From: Blochmannia endosymbiont of Camponotus modoc
GTDB lineage: Bacteria; Pseudomonadota; Gammaproteobacteria; Enterobacterales; Enterobacteriaceae
Assembly (NCBI RefSeq): GCF_023585785.1
Contig: NZ_CP097765.1
Location: 270,001 to 302,000 of the forward strand
Length of the DNA: 32,000 bases
Direction: 5' to 3'
Positions 1 to 10,719 of the stretch are shown here, in pieces. A program made the translations under genes and the position numbers. Position 1 is the stretch's first letter. Each line of letters starts with the position of its first letter. Under the pieces are notes generated by a model. That model saw only the letters and a list, made by a program, of their open reading frames with translations, was not told where the DNA came from and searched no databases.

Positions 1-1226
1 ATGATGTCTCCTGGAGACAGCGATGGATCATCTGCCATCATTGATAACAAATTATCATGTAACACTTCTACTTCTCGTTGAATACTATGACAAACATGGC
101 AAGTAATTGATTGATCTTCTGATGATAATATATGTCGGTGATTATTTGTAGATGTTGTAGTATCAGGTTGTTTTTTTATATTTTTTATATGATTCTGAAA
201 TTCTAAAATGTTTTTTTGTACAATGTGAAGCAAAGAATCTTGTTTAGGAATAATAAAAGATTTTAGTTCAATTTTATCTTTTAATTGAGTAAACAAAGAT
301 AAAGTATCATAAGCAACATCGCCCCATGCATCTAATAAAGGATGATTGATATTAGAATAATGACTATGATTGGAAAAATGAACAGCAACAGATGAAGATG
401 AGCGCAATGCATTCTTATTGCATAATTGGTTTTCTTGTTGTGTTACGTCATACGAATCTTGATCAGATATATAAATCAAATTATGATAACAGGGATTTAT
501 AAACCATAAGTAAATATCAATATGGTAACTTAATAATTTTAATATATTCCAATATATAGGCGGTATAGATGTTATTCCAAAGATAAATATTCTACTTGGA
601 AGATAATTAAAAATTATCTTCTGAGTATTTTTTAGAAAATCAATACAACGTTGTAAAGGATATATATTACCCTTCAATTTTTGCTGATTACATCGTATAT
701 TCTCTAAGAACATACGCCATATTTTTGATTGCCAGGTTTGATGTGTGTCATCTAAATAATTTATTATTTCATTGGATTCCCAATTGTCCAACCAATCTGG
801 GCGATATATTAAATATTGAATAAATAAATTGGAAAGTTGTTCAGAAAATTGACTTATTTTTTGTTGATTGACATCACCATATAAGTATTTGTATATAATA
901 GAGCACTTTTTTGATATTTGCATTTGAGATAATATTTTCATAAATTTCCAATACATGATAGACTGTGAAAAGTTATCTGCTATAAAATTATTAGGTTCTA
1001 TTTTATTAGAAATATACTGCATGAAAGACATTAAAGTCATAAATTTGATATTACATGCGATACCAAAATGATTGGCTATTTCTATCTGTATCCATTGGTC
1101 CATAATACCGTGTTCTGTTAATATTATTTCAGATTGCATGGGATCAGGAAGTGATTTATCTGACATAGTATTAATTAATAGATTTTTGAATGAATTTGAT
1201 TGGTTAGAATGATAAATAGTAAACAT
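1..1226 (-). CDS. recC: Exodeoxyribonuclease V gamma subunit RecC. N-terminal ~408 codons; the rest runs off the left edge of the window.
   Basis: Absent from the ORF track because it is open to the window edge. My minus-strand translation from ATG 1226..1224 reads MFTIYHSNQSNSFKNLL..GIMDQWIQIEIANHFGIACNIKF..LIYRPDWLDNWE..RIFIFGITSIPPIYWNIL..ITCHVCHSIQREVEVLHDNLLSMMADDPSLSPGDI with no stop down to base 1. It is collinear with E. coli RecC (MLRVYHSN.., VYRPDWL, FHVCHSPQREVEVLHDRLL). Confidence 0.9.
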   Translation of the reverse strand, partial: MFTIYHSNQSNSFKNLLINTMSDKSLPDPMQSEIILTEHGIMDQWIQIEIANHFGIACNIKFMTLMSFMQYISNKIEPNNFIADNFSQSIMYWKFMKILSQMQISKKCSIIYKYLYGDVNQQKISQFSEQLSNLFIQYLIYRPDWLDNWESNEIINYLDDTHQTWQSKIWRMFLENIRCNQQKLKGNIYPLQRCIDFLKNTQKIIFNYLPSRIFIFGITSIPPIYWNILKLLSYHIDIYLWFINPCYHNLIYISDQDSYDVTQQENQLCNKNALRSSSSVAVHFSNHSHYSNINHPLLDAWGDVAYDTLSLFTQLKDKIELKSFIIPKQDSLLHIVQKNILEFQNHIKNIKKQPDTTTSTNNHRHILSSEDQSITCHVCHSIQREVEVLHDNLLSMMADDPSLSPGDI

Positions 1227-1683
1227 TGCGTAATAAAATTATTTAATTTAAATGGGGTATGTTTTTATTAAACTGATATCTATATATCCTCTATATATAC
1301 AGAGGATGGACCATGTTTGTTTATAATTATAACGAAAAATATATTATATATATACTTTGACAGTTATTATTTTAAACAAAAACAATTTTATTAGTTTACA
1401 TATTTTAAAAAATAGAAAAAATAAATAAATTGTTTTCCATGATATGGACTATTTAAAAAAAAAATTAAATTTTTTCAATTATTATTGATTTGTGATATAT
1501 ATATTATATAAATATGGCAGCTAATAGATACATATAAATTTTTAATGTTTAAAAAAAAGATATGTAAATAATTAATAAAAATCAAACTTAATTTAAAGCA
1601 TGAGAGTTATTTTAACAAATAATAACGTATCCAAATTAATTGACATAGATTTTTTAATTATATTGATAACTTTGATAAATCAA

Positions 1684-2529
1684 TTACCTATAAGCAAGAT
1701 AAACTATAATCGTTCCTAATATAATCATAGGGCATGACAAAATTTGTCCCATGGTGGCTATGTTGTTAATTAATCCTAACTGACTATCAGGTTGACGAAA
1801 AATTTCCACTATAATACGAAACACCCCATAACAAATCAGAAATAAACCAGACACACTACCCACGGGATGTGGTTGACGAATAAACTTACTTATGATAATA
1901 AATAATATTACTCCCTCTAAAAACATTTCATATAATTGAGATGGATGACGAGGAAGAACACCGTAACTATCAAATAGTGGTTCCCATTCAGGATGATCTG
2001 GTAGTATTAATAAATCTTGATACACGGAATTAGGAAATAACATAGCCCATGGAATATCAATGGCTATTCGACCCCATAATTCTCCGTTAATAAAATTTCC
2101 TAATCTACCAAGCCCTAATCCAAACGGAACCGCTGGAACGACAAAATCTGATATTTGAAAAAAAGGACGATGTTTTTTGTGAGAAAACCACGCGATCGAT
2201 ATAATTACACCTATTAAACCGCCATGAAAAGACATACCTCCTTCCCATATTTTAAAGATCCACAGTAAATTATTAGAAAAAAAAGACCACTGATAAAATA
2301 ATACGTATCCAATGCGACCACCTAATAAAACACCCAAAAAACACAAACATAATAAATGTTCTACATCTGTATGAGTCCATGAAACATTATTGAGATGACG
2401 CATACGGTACGATAATGACCACATAGCATATATAAAACCTAATCCATACATTACGCCATACCAATGTAATGAAATAGGTCCTATTGTAAAAATTATCGGA
2501 TTACATGCATGATAATAAAGATTCTGCAT
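1684..2529 (-). CDS. lgt: Phosphatidylglycerol-prolipoprotein diacylglyceryl transferase
   Basis: 281-aa ORF collinear with E. coli Lgt: [61 protein letters not shown]. Confidence 0.95.
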   Translation of the reverse strand: MQNLYYHACNPIIFTIGPISLHWYGVMYGLGFIYAMWSLSYRMRHLNNVSWTHTDVEHLLCLCFLGVLLGGRIGYVLFYQWSFFSNNLLWIFKIWEGGMSFHGGLIGVIISIAWFSHKKHRPFFQISDFVVPAVPFGLGLGRLGNFINGELWGRIAIDIPWAMLFPNSVYQDLLILPDHPEWEPLFDSYGVLPRHPSQLYEMFLEGVILFIIISKFIRQPHPVGSVSGLFLICYGVFRIIVEIFRQPDSQLGLINNIATMGQILSCPMIILGTIIVYLAYR

Positions 2530-2719
2530 ATTGATTAATTATACTATTTATATAATTTTTATAATCAGTTTTAATCACAAAACGTAGTTATTTTAAACAA
2601 AGCACGTTTCAATGTACTATTAATATTGACGTGCACAATCTTCAATGGAAGATTGAAATTCTTTTTATTAATCATACTGCATCTAATCTTCTTCTTTATA
2701 AGGATATAATAGTATTAAA

Positions 2720-3196
2720 CTATGATATTATTACATCAACAAATTCCTGCATAACTTTTCTATATACATCTCTTTTAAAGAATACGACTCGACGTATGGG
2801 ATACCATAGGCTCACCCACTTCCAGCTATCAAATGTGTAATCTTTATTATTTTTTATGTTAATTCGTGTATCTTTGGATAAAAGCTTTAATAAAAACCAC
2901 TTTTGTTTTTGCCCAAAGCAAATAGGCCTAATTTTCCAACGAATTAATTTTTTAGGTAACTTGTAATGCATCCAGTATTGCGTTGAAGATAGAATACGAA
3001 CATCTTGATAATTCAATCCTATCTCTTCAAATAATTCCCTATACATGGCTTGTTCTGGAGTCTCTCCAATGTTAATTCCACCTTGAGGAAATTGCCAGCA
3101 GTAATGCTGCTTACATTTTCTGGCCCATAATACTTGCTGATGAGTATTACATAACACAATTCCTACGTTTAATCGGTAACCGTTATTATCAATCAC
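2720..3196 (-). CDS. rppH: RNA pyrophosphohydrolase (Nudix)
   Basis: 158 aa. The N-terminus [17 protein letters not shown] matches E. coli MIDDDGYRPNVGIVICN. The Nudix box [23 protein letters not shown] is intact. It lies upstream of lgt as in E. coli, where ptsP sits between them. Confidence 0.95.
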   Translation of the reverse strand: MIDNNGYRLNVGIVLCNTHQQVLWARKCKQHYCWQFPQGGINIGETPEQAMYRELFEEIGLNYQDVRILSSTQYWMHYKLPKKLIRWKIRPICFGQKQKWFLLKLLSKDTRINIKNNKDYTFDSWKWVSLWYPIRRVVFFKRDVYRKVMQEFVDVIIS

Positions 3197-3834
3197 CAGA
3201 TTGCCTCGGTTTTATTGAGATATTTCATTAAAATTTTTAAATATTTATAATAAATACAACCATTCCTATTATATTTTATAAAAATGCAGGAACTATAGAT
3301 TATCCAAAATATATACAATCCCGTATATCTGTATTATTATACATAATACAATAAAATTATAACACTAACATACCTATTGTATTTTATACTATAATTATAC
3401 TCAACTCAAGGAGTTTTATTATGGTCGTGATATTCTTAGTCAATAACCTGCACAGAAATTTTTTTAATTAAAAAATTTAATTATAATTTGTATTAAGTTT
3501 TACTACTTAAAATCGATGTTGTTAAGTTTTTTATTAAAAAAAATGGAGATATGATGTCTCTTATAGAAACATGATGAATAATAACCCTCTACAGTTTTAA
3601 TTTAAAATAAAAGTGTAAGAATACATTTTAATCTGTATCTCACGATTCATAATATGTTTTTTTGTTAAAAACACTATAGTAAATAATTGTCAAATAAATA
3701 AGACTATAAAAATTAAAATTGAAAAAGTTATTAAAATATTTAAATTTATTTAATCTGGCATTTTAAAAGATACTAAATAATAAGTTTTTAATAAATAATT
3801 TTATATAGTATAATATTTATAATATTCGGTAATT

Positions 3835-5124
3835 TCAACAATTTTCATTATTAAATTTTTCTGTTATTTCCAACATAAATAAATCTTCTAGTTTTTGTTT
3901 TCGGCGAATTTGACGAATTTGTCCATTTTCAAATAAAACTTCTGGTAGTAACGGACGGGTATTATAATTAGAAGACATAGAAGCCCCGTATGCTCCAGTG
4001 TCATGAAATATTAAATAATCTCCTACTTTTGCTGAACAAGGTAATTTACGTGCTAATATTGTTCCGTTCATATTTTGTGTAAAAATATCTCCAGATTCAC
4101 ATAGTGGACCGCCAACAACAGTATCGCATAATGTTTCTAAAATAACGCTGCGATTATCTCCAGGTACTAATGAAATATGATGATAACTACCATACATGAC
4201 TGGGCGCATTAAATCATTATACCCTGCGTCTATTAATACAAAATGACGATTACCCATGTCTTTTACCGCTCTAATTTGTGTAATTAATATTCCTGATTCA
4301 GCCACAAGAAAACGACCAGGTTCTATTTCTAATGTTACTGTGTGATTTAAATATTGGCTAATGTATTTTCTCGCATTATTCCATAATTGAAAATAATGAT
4401 TTACATCTAAAACTATATCATTATTTTGATATGGTATTGTTAATCCTCCTCCAGCAGAAATAACATGTACATCTATTTTATATTTTAAAATCTGTTGGAC
4501 CATCGCATTACATACTTTAGATAAATGATCGTACCGTACTCCAGAACCAATATGCATATGCAGTCCGATTAACTGCAGATCATAATGATGAATATAAGAT
4601 AAAGCTATTGGTATATCTTCATGCCAAATTCCATGCTTGCTATTTTCTCCTCCAGTATTAGTTTTTTGGTTATGTCCGTGTCCAAATCCAGGATTAATAC
4701 GCAACCATATTTTATGTCCAGGAGAACAAGCTCCTAATTGCGCTAACATATCTATCGATCCTGCATTAACAACAATATTTAGTTCTGATATTCTTAATAA
4801 TGTTTCTTCTTCTAAAATATCAGCAGTGAAAACTATTTCATTGCTTTGTTTTCCCGTTTTAAAACCAGCTAATAATGCTCGTTCGATCTCGCCTAAAGAA
4901 ACAGCATCTACTTTAACTTCATAATTGTGCATTAATCGTAAAATATGAATATTAGAACAAGATTTTTGAGCGTACCGTATAACGTCAAATTGTTTTAATT
5001 GTGTAATACGATTAATTATAATCGATGCATCGTATACCCATACTGGACCTTTATATTTTTGATGTAATTTTTTTAAGCTTTCATAGGTAAGAGCACTTGT
5101 TTGCGCAAAGATATTATGTGTCAC
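3835..5124 (-). CDS. lysA: Diaminopimelate decarboxylase; GTG start
   Basis: 429 aa, collinear with E. coli LysA: PVWVYDA, RYAQKSCSNIHILRLM, NPGFGHGHNQKTNTGGENSKHGIW, EPGRFLVAESG, GPLCESGD, HDTGAYGASMSSNYNTRPLLPEVLF. The start codon read on the minus strand is GTG at 5124..5122. Confidence 0.95.
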   Translation of the reverse strand: MTHNIFAQTSALTYESLKKLHQKYKGPVWVYDASIIINRITQLKQFDVIRYAQKSCSNIHILRLMHNYEVKVDAVSLGEIERALLAGFKTGKQSNEIVFTADILEEETLLRISELNIVVNAGSIDMLAQLGACSPGHKIWLRINPGFGHGHNQKTNTGGENSKHGIWHEDIPIALSYIHHYDLQLIGLHMHIGSGVRYDHLSKVCNAMVQQILKYKIDVHVISAGGGLTIPYQNNDIVLDVNHYFQLWNNARKYISQYLNHTVTLEIEPGRFLVAESGILITQIRAVKDMGNRHFVLIDAGYNDLMRPVMYGSYHHISLVPGDNRSVILETLCDTVVGGPLCESGDIFTQNMNGTILARKLPCSAKVGDYLIFHDTGAYGASMSSNYNTRPLLPEVLFENGQIRQIRRKQKLEDLFMLEITEKFNNENC

Positions 5125-5301
5125 GCTATATTCCTATTATCTTTTTGATATATATTTTAAATATCAAAATATTTCGAAATTATATCTTGAATATATAGTT
5201 GAAAATTATTTAAAAATAGGTTTGTTTTATTAAAAAATTAATCAGATAAAATCATAAATATATAATTACTTTTTAAGTACACTGAAAAATATAGATAAAT
5301 T

Positions 5302-6831
5302 TTATTTTGGGCGAAGTGTAGGAAATAAAATTACATCACGAATAGTATGACTGTCGGTAAGCAACATGATCAAACGATCAATTCCTATCCCAATACCTGC
5401 TGTAGGAGGTAATCCATATTCTAGTGCAATTAAATAATCTTCGTCATAATTTATGTGAACATTATTATTATTTGTTTTATCTTTTTTTCCATATGCTTGT
5501 TTTAAAAAACGTTCCTTTTGGTCTTCTGGATCGTTTAATTCTGAAAAGCCATTTCCTATTTCTCGTCCAGCAATGAAAAGTTCAAAACGATCAGCAAACT
5601 CTGGATTGTTATCATTACGACGTGCTAATGGAGATATTTCTATTGGATAAGAAGTAACACAAGTTGGTTGAATTATTTTTTTTTCTATTGCTTCTTCAAA
5701 AATAACCATATGTATTCTGTGTAACGTCCAACAACTTTTAACTTTAATGCCAAGTGATTTTGCAATAGAAACGGTAGTACATATATCGTCTATATTTTGG
5801 GATCTAGTTTCTGGTAGATAATACAATATAGCTTCTTTTATACTGATTTGCCTAAAAGGATGCTTAAAATCTAATTCATAATCCCCATAATTTATTATAT
5901 TACTACCTAGTATTTTCTGTGTTACCGATCTTAATAAATTTTGCACTAAGGTGATTATATCACGATAATCAGCATAAGCCATATATATTTCCATCATTGT
6001 AAACTCAGGATTATGATAAGAAGATATACCTTCATTACGAAAATTACGATTTATTTCGAATATTCGCTCAAAACCACCTATCACTAATTTTTTTAGATAT
6101 AATTCTGGAGCGATTCGTAAATACATATCTATTCCTAATTTATTATGATGTGTAATAAAAGGATGCGCTATAGCTCCTCCTGCAATTGTGTGCATCATTG
6201 GTGTCTCTACTTCCATGAAATTATTTTTTTTCATGAATTGACGTATTTCAGAAATCACTAGAGAACGTATTTTGAATGTTTTTCTTGTATTTTCATTAAT
6301 AATTAAGTCTAAATATCTTTGACGATATTTTGTTTCTTGATTGTTTAAACCATGAAACTTATCTGGTAATGGACGCAATGATTTAGTTAATAATCGAATT
6401 TCTTTACAGTATATTGATAGTTCTCCAGTACGTGTTCTAAATAATATACCGCGTGCTCCTAAGATATCTCCTAAATCCCATTGTTTTATATTTTCATCGT
6501 ATAAATTTGTTGTTAATGCATTAGAAGTAATGTATAATTGTATACAGCCCTCAGCATCTCGTACAGTTATAAAAGATGCTTTTCCCATGATACGTTGACT
6601 TATTATACGGCCTGCTACGGTTACTTCAATCTTTAATTGTATCAATTCTACATTGGATGTATGAGCGTATTTTTTGTGTAATTGATCAGAAATAGAATTA
6701 CGACGAAAATTATTTGGGAATGCTACGCCTTTTTCACGAAGTTTTGATAGTTTTTTTCGACGAGTATTTAATTCATCATCGACATTAAATTTTTGATATG
6801 AATGATCTTTTGAATATACGTATTTAGTCAT
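5302..6831 (-). CDS. lysS: Lysine--tRNA ligase (class II)
   Basis: 509 aa, collinear with E. coli LysS: [87 protein letters not shown]. Its ATG overlaps the prfB stop by 8 nt (6824..6831), matching the prfB-lysS operon of E. coli. Confidence 0.96.
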   Translation of the reverse strand: MTKYVYSKDHSYQKFNVDDELNTRRKKLSKLREKGVAFPNNFRRNSISDQLHKKYAHTSNVELIQLKIEVTVAGRIISQRIMGKASFITVRDAEGCIQLYITSNALTTNLYDENIKQWDLGDILGARGILFRTRTGELSIYCKEIRLLTKSLRPLPDKFHGLNNQETKYRQRYLDLIINENTRKTFKIRSLVISEIRQFMKKNNFMEVETPMMHTIAGGAIAHPFITHHNKLGIDMYLRIAPELYLKKLVIGGFERIFEINRNFRNEGISSYHNPEFTMMEIYMAYADYRDIITLVQNLLRSVTQKILGSNIINYGDYELDFKHPFRQISIKEAILYYLPETRSQNIDDICTTVSIAKSLGIKVKSCWTLHRIHMVIFEEAIEKKIIQPTCVTSYPIEISPLARRNDNNPEFADRFELFIAGREIGNGFSELNDPEDQKERFLKQAYGKKDKTNNNNVHINYDEDYLIALEYGLPPTAGIGIGIDRLIMLLTDSHTIRDVILFPTLRPK

Positions 6832-7937
6832 TATGAATCTCGCTTAAAGTGTTTTTAATGCTAACTCTTATAAAATCGTCTAGATCTCCATTTAAAACAG
6901 CTTTAACATTACGTTTTTCAAAACCAGTACGTAAATCTTTAACTCTAGAATTATCTAAAATATAAGATCGTATTTGATTACCCCAAGTAATATTTACTTT
7001 ATTGCTTTCTCTCATTTTTTTTTCATAATTTTTTTTTTGTAATTCAAGCTCATATAATTTAGCTCTTAGTTGTTTCATAGCTTGATTTTTATTTTTGTGT
7101 TGTGAACGATCACTTTGACATTGGGTAACAATATTTGTTGGTATATGGGTAATGCGTACTGCAGATTCTGTACGGTTAACATGTTGACCTCCTGCTCCAG
7201 AAGCTCGGTAAACATCACAACGTAGATCTTCTGGGCGAATATGAATATTTATACTATCATCTAATTCTGGATATACAAATACTGAAGCAAATGAAGTATG
7301 GCGTTTCCTAGCAGAATCAAAAGGACTTTTGCGCACTAGTCTGTGTACACCAGATTCAGTGCGTAACCAACCATATGCATAAGGCCCAATAACTTGAATA
7401 GTAGCAGATTTTATCCCAGTGACCTCTCCTGTCGATTCTTCAATAACGTCGGCCATAAAACCTTTGTGATCGATCCAACGTAAATACATGCGCAACAACA
7501 TGCTGGCCCAATCCTGTGCTTCTATTCCCCCAGATCCTGATTGAATATCGACATAACAATTGGAATCATCATACTTTCCTATAAACATACGACTAATCTC
7601 TAATTGAGATAACGTACGTTCTAAATCAATTGATTGATCATGAATTTCGGAAAGTAGGATGTTATCATATTCTTCCGTCAATTCTAACAAATCATTTAAA
7701 TCCACTAAATTTTTATAAAGCTGATCAACAATATTGATAAAAATCTTTAAAGAAGATGATTTTTGTCTAAGAATTTTTGCTGTTTTAGGATTTTTCCAAA
7801 TACCGGGTGATTTTAGTTCGTTACTAATTATTTTAAAATCTTTTCTTTTGAGATCGTAGTCAAAAATCATCCTTAAACTTCAATATTCTATTTAACATAA
7901 CTTGAATATGTTGTTTAGTAAAATCGATATCTATCAT
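6824..7937 (-). CDS. prfB: Peptide chain release factor 2, encoded in two frames joined by a programmed +1 ribosomal frameshift at T7862
   Basis: The long ORF 6824..7870 carries the SPF (KSPFDS) and GGQ ([16 protein letters not shown]) motifs. A 25-codon frame-0 ORF from ATG 7937 ([25 protein letters not shown]) ends at TGA 7862..7860. The +1 frame then continues [10 protein letters not shown]. coli has the same arrangement: 25 codons, then UGA, then DYDAKKERL. Confidence 0.9.
7859..7875 (-). promoter_or_regulatory. RF2 autoregulatory recoding signal: SD-like UAAGGA, 4-nt spacer, slippery UUU, in-frame UGA, then C
   Basis: The minus strand reads TAAGGA TGAT TTT TGA C. It has the same architecture as E. 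coli AGGGGG UAU CUU UGA C. The slippery codon here is UUU within a U5 run. Confidence 0.8.
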
Positions 7938-8436
7938 AAAATTTTATTCCTTAAGATGTATATTTTTATTCATATAATTTCACGTAATCGTACATATATT
8001 AATATACTGTAATACAATTCCACAAAGACCCCCTATATAATATGTGCAAAGAATATGTATTTTCTTATGATATTAGTATATAGTGTGATTTTGATCTTTG
8101 ATCGTCATTAATCAAATATGTAATAAGTCGTATGTACGTACGAAACTGTTATATACGTTTTTATTTATTTCATTTCAATTAACACCGTAAATAATCATAC
8201 ATGACGAAGAGAATAGCATCCTATCAATCATGGTCATTGCGCTTATATTATCATTTTAATTGTACATATAGTTAAAAATCGATAATTGTTTAATTATAAA
8301 TATTATGATATTACATGGTTAATGATGATGTAGTTTTTTGTTATCTTTCGGTTGTAGATATTTAATTAGTGGGATTAATTAGTATATATTATATGATATT
8401 TATTCGGAGTTATTTTTATTCATAAGGAAAAATATA

Positions 8437-9429
8437 ATGTTTCCTCGTATGGCTTTTTTGGGACAGTATCCTATACCCTCAAAAGATTTGCCGCTAACAT
8501 TCATCTCCTTAGAAGAATGGACTTTAGTGAGATTATATGGACCAGATGTGACAAAATGCTTACACAATCAATTTACTTGTGATATTCAAAATTTGAATAA
8601 ACATAAATATAGTTTTTCAGCGCATTGTAACCCAAAAGGCAAAATGATTAGCAATATGTATGTTTTTCATCTTAAAAATCAAGAAATGGCATTTATTGAA
8701 CGTCTAAATATATGCAAAAAACAAATAGAAGAAATGAAAAAATATATGGTATTTTCTAATGTTACTGTTATTCCTGATTATGATGCAATACTTATTGGAA
8801 TAGCTGGAATAAATGCAAGAAATCATTTAAAAATGTTTTTTTCAGTTTTACCAAATAAGACACACACAATAATTCATGCTCAAGATGTGACCTTACTTTA
8901 TTTTAGTTCTCCATCAGAACGATTTTTGTTGATTATTAATAAAAAATCAGTATTAGATTATTTGTTAAGTGAATCACAGTCTCAGATACAACTTAATGAT
9001 AGTCGTCAATGGGTATCATTAGATATGGAAGCGGGTTATCCAATTATTGAGCCAATGACTAGTGAATTATTTGTTCCTCAAGCTGTTAATATGGATACAT
9101 TAGACGGAATTAGCTTTAATAAAGGTTGTTATATTGGACAAGAATCTATTGCGCGTATTAAGTATCGTGGGTATAACAAACAAAATTTATATCGATTAAG
9201 TGGTGTCATTGATTATAAGAAAAATTATAAATTTCCTGCTGCTGGTGATCAAGTAGAGTTAAAAATAAATAATCAACACTGGAAAAATGTTGGAATTGTT
9301 TTACAGTCTTGTCAAATTAAAAAAGATAATATATGGATACAAGTAGTATTAAATAGATCTATTTTAGAACCTTCAGAATGGAGAATTACAAATACACAAA
9401 CTCATGATAGTCTCATGTTTTATTATTAA
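8437..9429 (+). CDS. ygfZ: Folate-binding tRNA-modification / Fe-S cluster repair protein YgfZ
   Basis: 330 aa, collinear with E. coli YgfZ: CNPKGKM, KKYMVFSNVT, QWVSLDMEAGYPII, FVPQAVNMD, and the signature ISFNKGCYIGQE. Confidence 0.9.
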   Translation: MFPRMAFLGQYPIPSKDLPLTFISLEEWTLVRLYGPDVTKCLHNQFTCDIQNLNKHKYSFSAHCNPKGKMISNMYVFHLKNQEMAFIERLNICKKQIEEMKKYMVFSNVTVIPDYDAILIGIAGINARNHLKMFFSVLPNKTHTIIHAQDVTLLYFSSPSERFLLIINKKSVLDYLLSESQSQIQLNDSRQWVSLDMEAGYPIIEPMTSELFVPQAVNMDTLDGISFNKGCYIGQESIARIKYRGYNKQNLYRLSGVIDYKKNYKFPAAGDQVELKINNQHWKNVGIVLQSCQIKKDNIWIQVVLNRSILEPSEWRITNTQTHDSLMFYY

Positions 9430-9473
9430 TATTTGATGCATTTAAATATTTTTTAATATCACAATATTTCTTT

Positions 9474-10697
9474 TTAGTCATAATGATCTCGTAGCAACCA
9501 TTCTGGCATATTATTTAAACCCATAATGCGATGTAAAACATGCAGTTTTAAGTTGGGAACCGTGTTTATGAGATAAAAAATAAAATATTGTATGTATTTT
9601 AAAAGATGATTCTTATCATGAAGAAACATATAAATGTATGGAATATTTATAGAATCTTTAATTATTCTGTATTTTCTATTTCGTTCGTAATACTTTAAAT
9701 AAGTGTAGTGTCCAATGTCTTGATCATTTTCTTTCAGACTCTTCAGATGATGTAATAAAACTGCTGCATCTATCAGTTCTGAATTAATATTTTGAAAAAA
9801 TAAAGGACACATGGTGTACGCAGATTTTCCTAATAACACCAAACGATGATTTGTAAAGTTGTGTGCATATTGCATTCTCGGTAGTAAAATGTTATGATTT
9901 TTATCGTCACATATAACACAATGGCCGAGTATATTGCAGATTTTAATTAATGCATAATTAATAGATTGATCAGAAGCAGATATATACAGATATTTTTTAG
10001 CGGTATACGGGGGTAATAACCAAAAAACAACGGAAAGATGCACGTTTTTTAATGGTAATAATATTACTAACCCATCGTTATGAATGATACAACGAAGAGT
10101 GTTGTTGTGAGTTTTCTCAGTATGAATAATGGTAGTGAATCCATAATATTTAGTATCTTTAAATATTAATGAGATATTTGCGGCGTTTCTTACCCAAGAA
10201 TTAATTCCATCTGCACCTATTACTAATTTAGCTTTGAATGTATAATTATTAGTTATTGTAATAAATGCTGTATCTTCATGGTAATTTATTGCTGAAGGTG
10301 CATGTGAATCTATAAATATAATATTTTTTAATTGTCGTGCTCGATCAATTAAAGCTTGGTATATACAATATTTATTAATAACATATCCTAACTCAAGATA
10401 TCCTAAGTAACCGGAATCGAAAACAATTTTACTTATATTATTCTTTTTGATAATTTCTAATTTATGTAATAGAACAGAAAAATGTGATATGTTGTGATGC
10501 CAAATTTTTAAATACTGCAGTATTCTCATGCTAGTTATATTAACTAATGATGTTTCTAGATCCCATTGATCTTTTTCGTATATATGAAAATGGGTTTTAT
10601 GTTCTATAATTGCAATGCGAAAACAATCACCTAAACCGCAGGCTAATGCCAATCCGGCAATTCCTTGATTTACAATTAATAGATCGAAACTGTCCAC
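9474..10697 (-). CDS. ubiI: UbiI/VisC-like flavin monooxygenase homolog (2-octaprenylphenol hydroxylase family). GTG start. Cofactor motifs are partly eroded.
   Basis: 407 aa, collinear with E. coli UbiI: LVIGADGINSWVR, YERNRK, MGLNNMPEWL. It lies 22 nt downstream of ubiH, as in E. coli. The GxGxxG reads NQGIAG and the GD motif reads GKSAY..CPLFFQNINSE. Confidence 0.8.
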   Translation of the reverse strand: MDSFDLLIVNQGIAGLALACGLGDCFRIAIIEHKTHFHIYEKDQWDLETSLVNITSMRILQYLKIWHHNISHFSVLLHKLEIIKKNNISKIVFDSGYLGYLELGYVINKYCIYQALIDRARQLKNIIFIDSHAPSAINYHEDTAFITITNNYTFKAKLVIGADGINSWVRNAANISLIFKDTKYYGFTTIIHTEKTHNNTLRCIIHNDGLVILLPLKNVHLSVVFWLLPPYTAKKYLYISASDQSINYALIKICNILGHCVICDDKNHNILLPRMQYAHNFTNHRLVLLGKSAYTMCPLFFQNINSELIDAAVLLHHLKSLKENDQDIGHYTYLKYYERNRKYRIIKDSINIPYIYMFLHDKNHLLKYIQYFIFYLINTVPNLKLHVLHRIMGLNNMPEWLLRDHYD

Positions 10698-10719
10698 ATT
10701 ATTGTTTATTTAAATAAAA

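Noticed and set aside
1286-1307. A small hairpin, atcctct-atatatac-agaggat, between lgt and recC, as a possible lgt terminator
   Set aside because: The stem is only 7 bp and no T-run follows it on the minus strand. That is too weak to call a terminator.
2631-2840. 69-aa plus-strand ORF overlapping the 3' end of rppH
   Set aside because: It is antisense to a well-supported gene. Its composition is low-complexity and AT-driven, and I recognise no homology. It looks like a typical shadow ORF.
4637-4924. 95-aa plus-strand ORF inside lysA
   Set aside because: It lies entirely antisense to the conserved PLP-decarboxylase core of lysA. No motif is recognisable.
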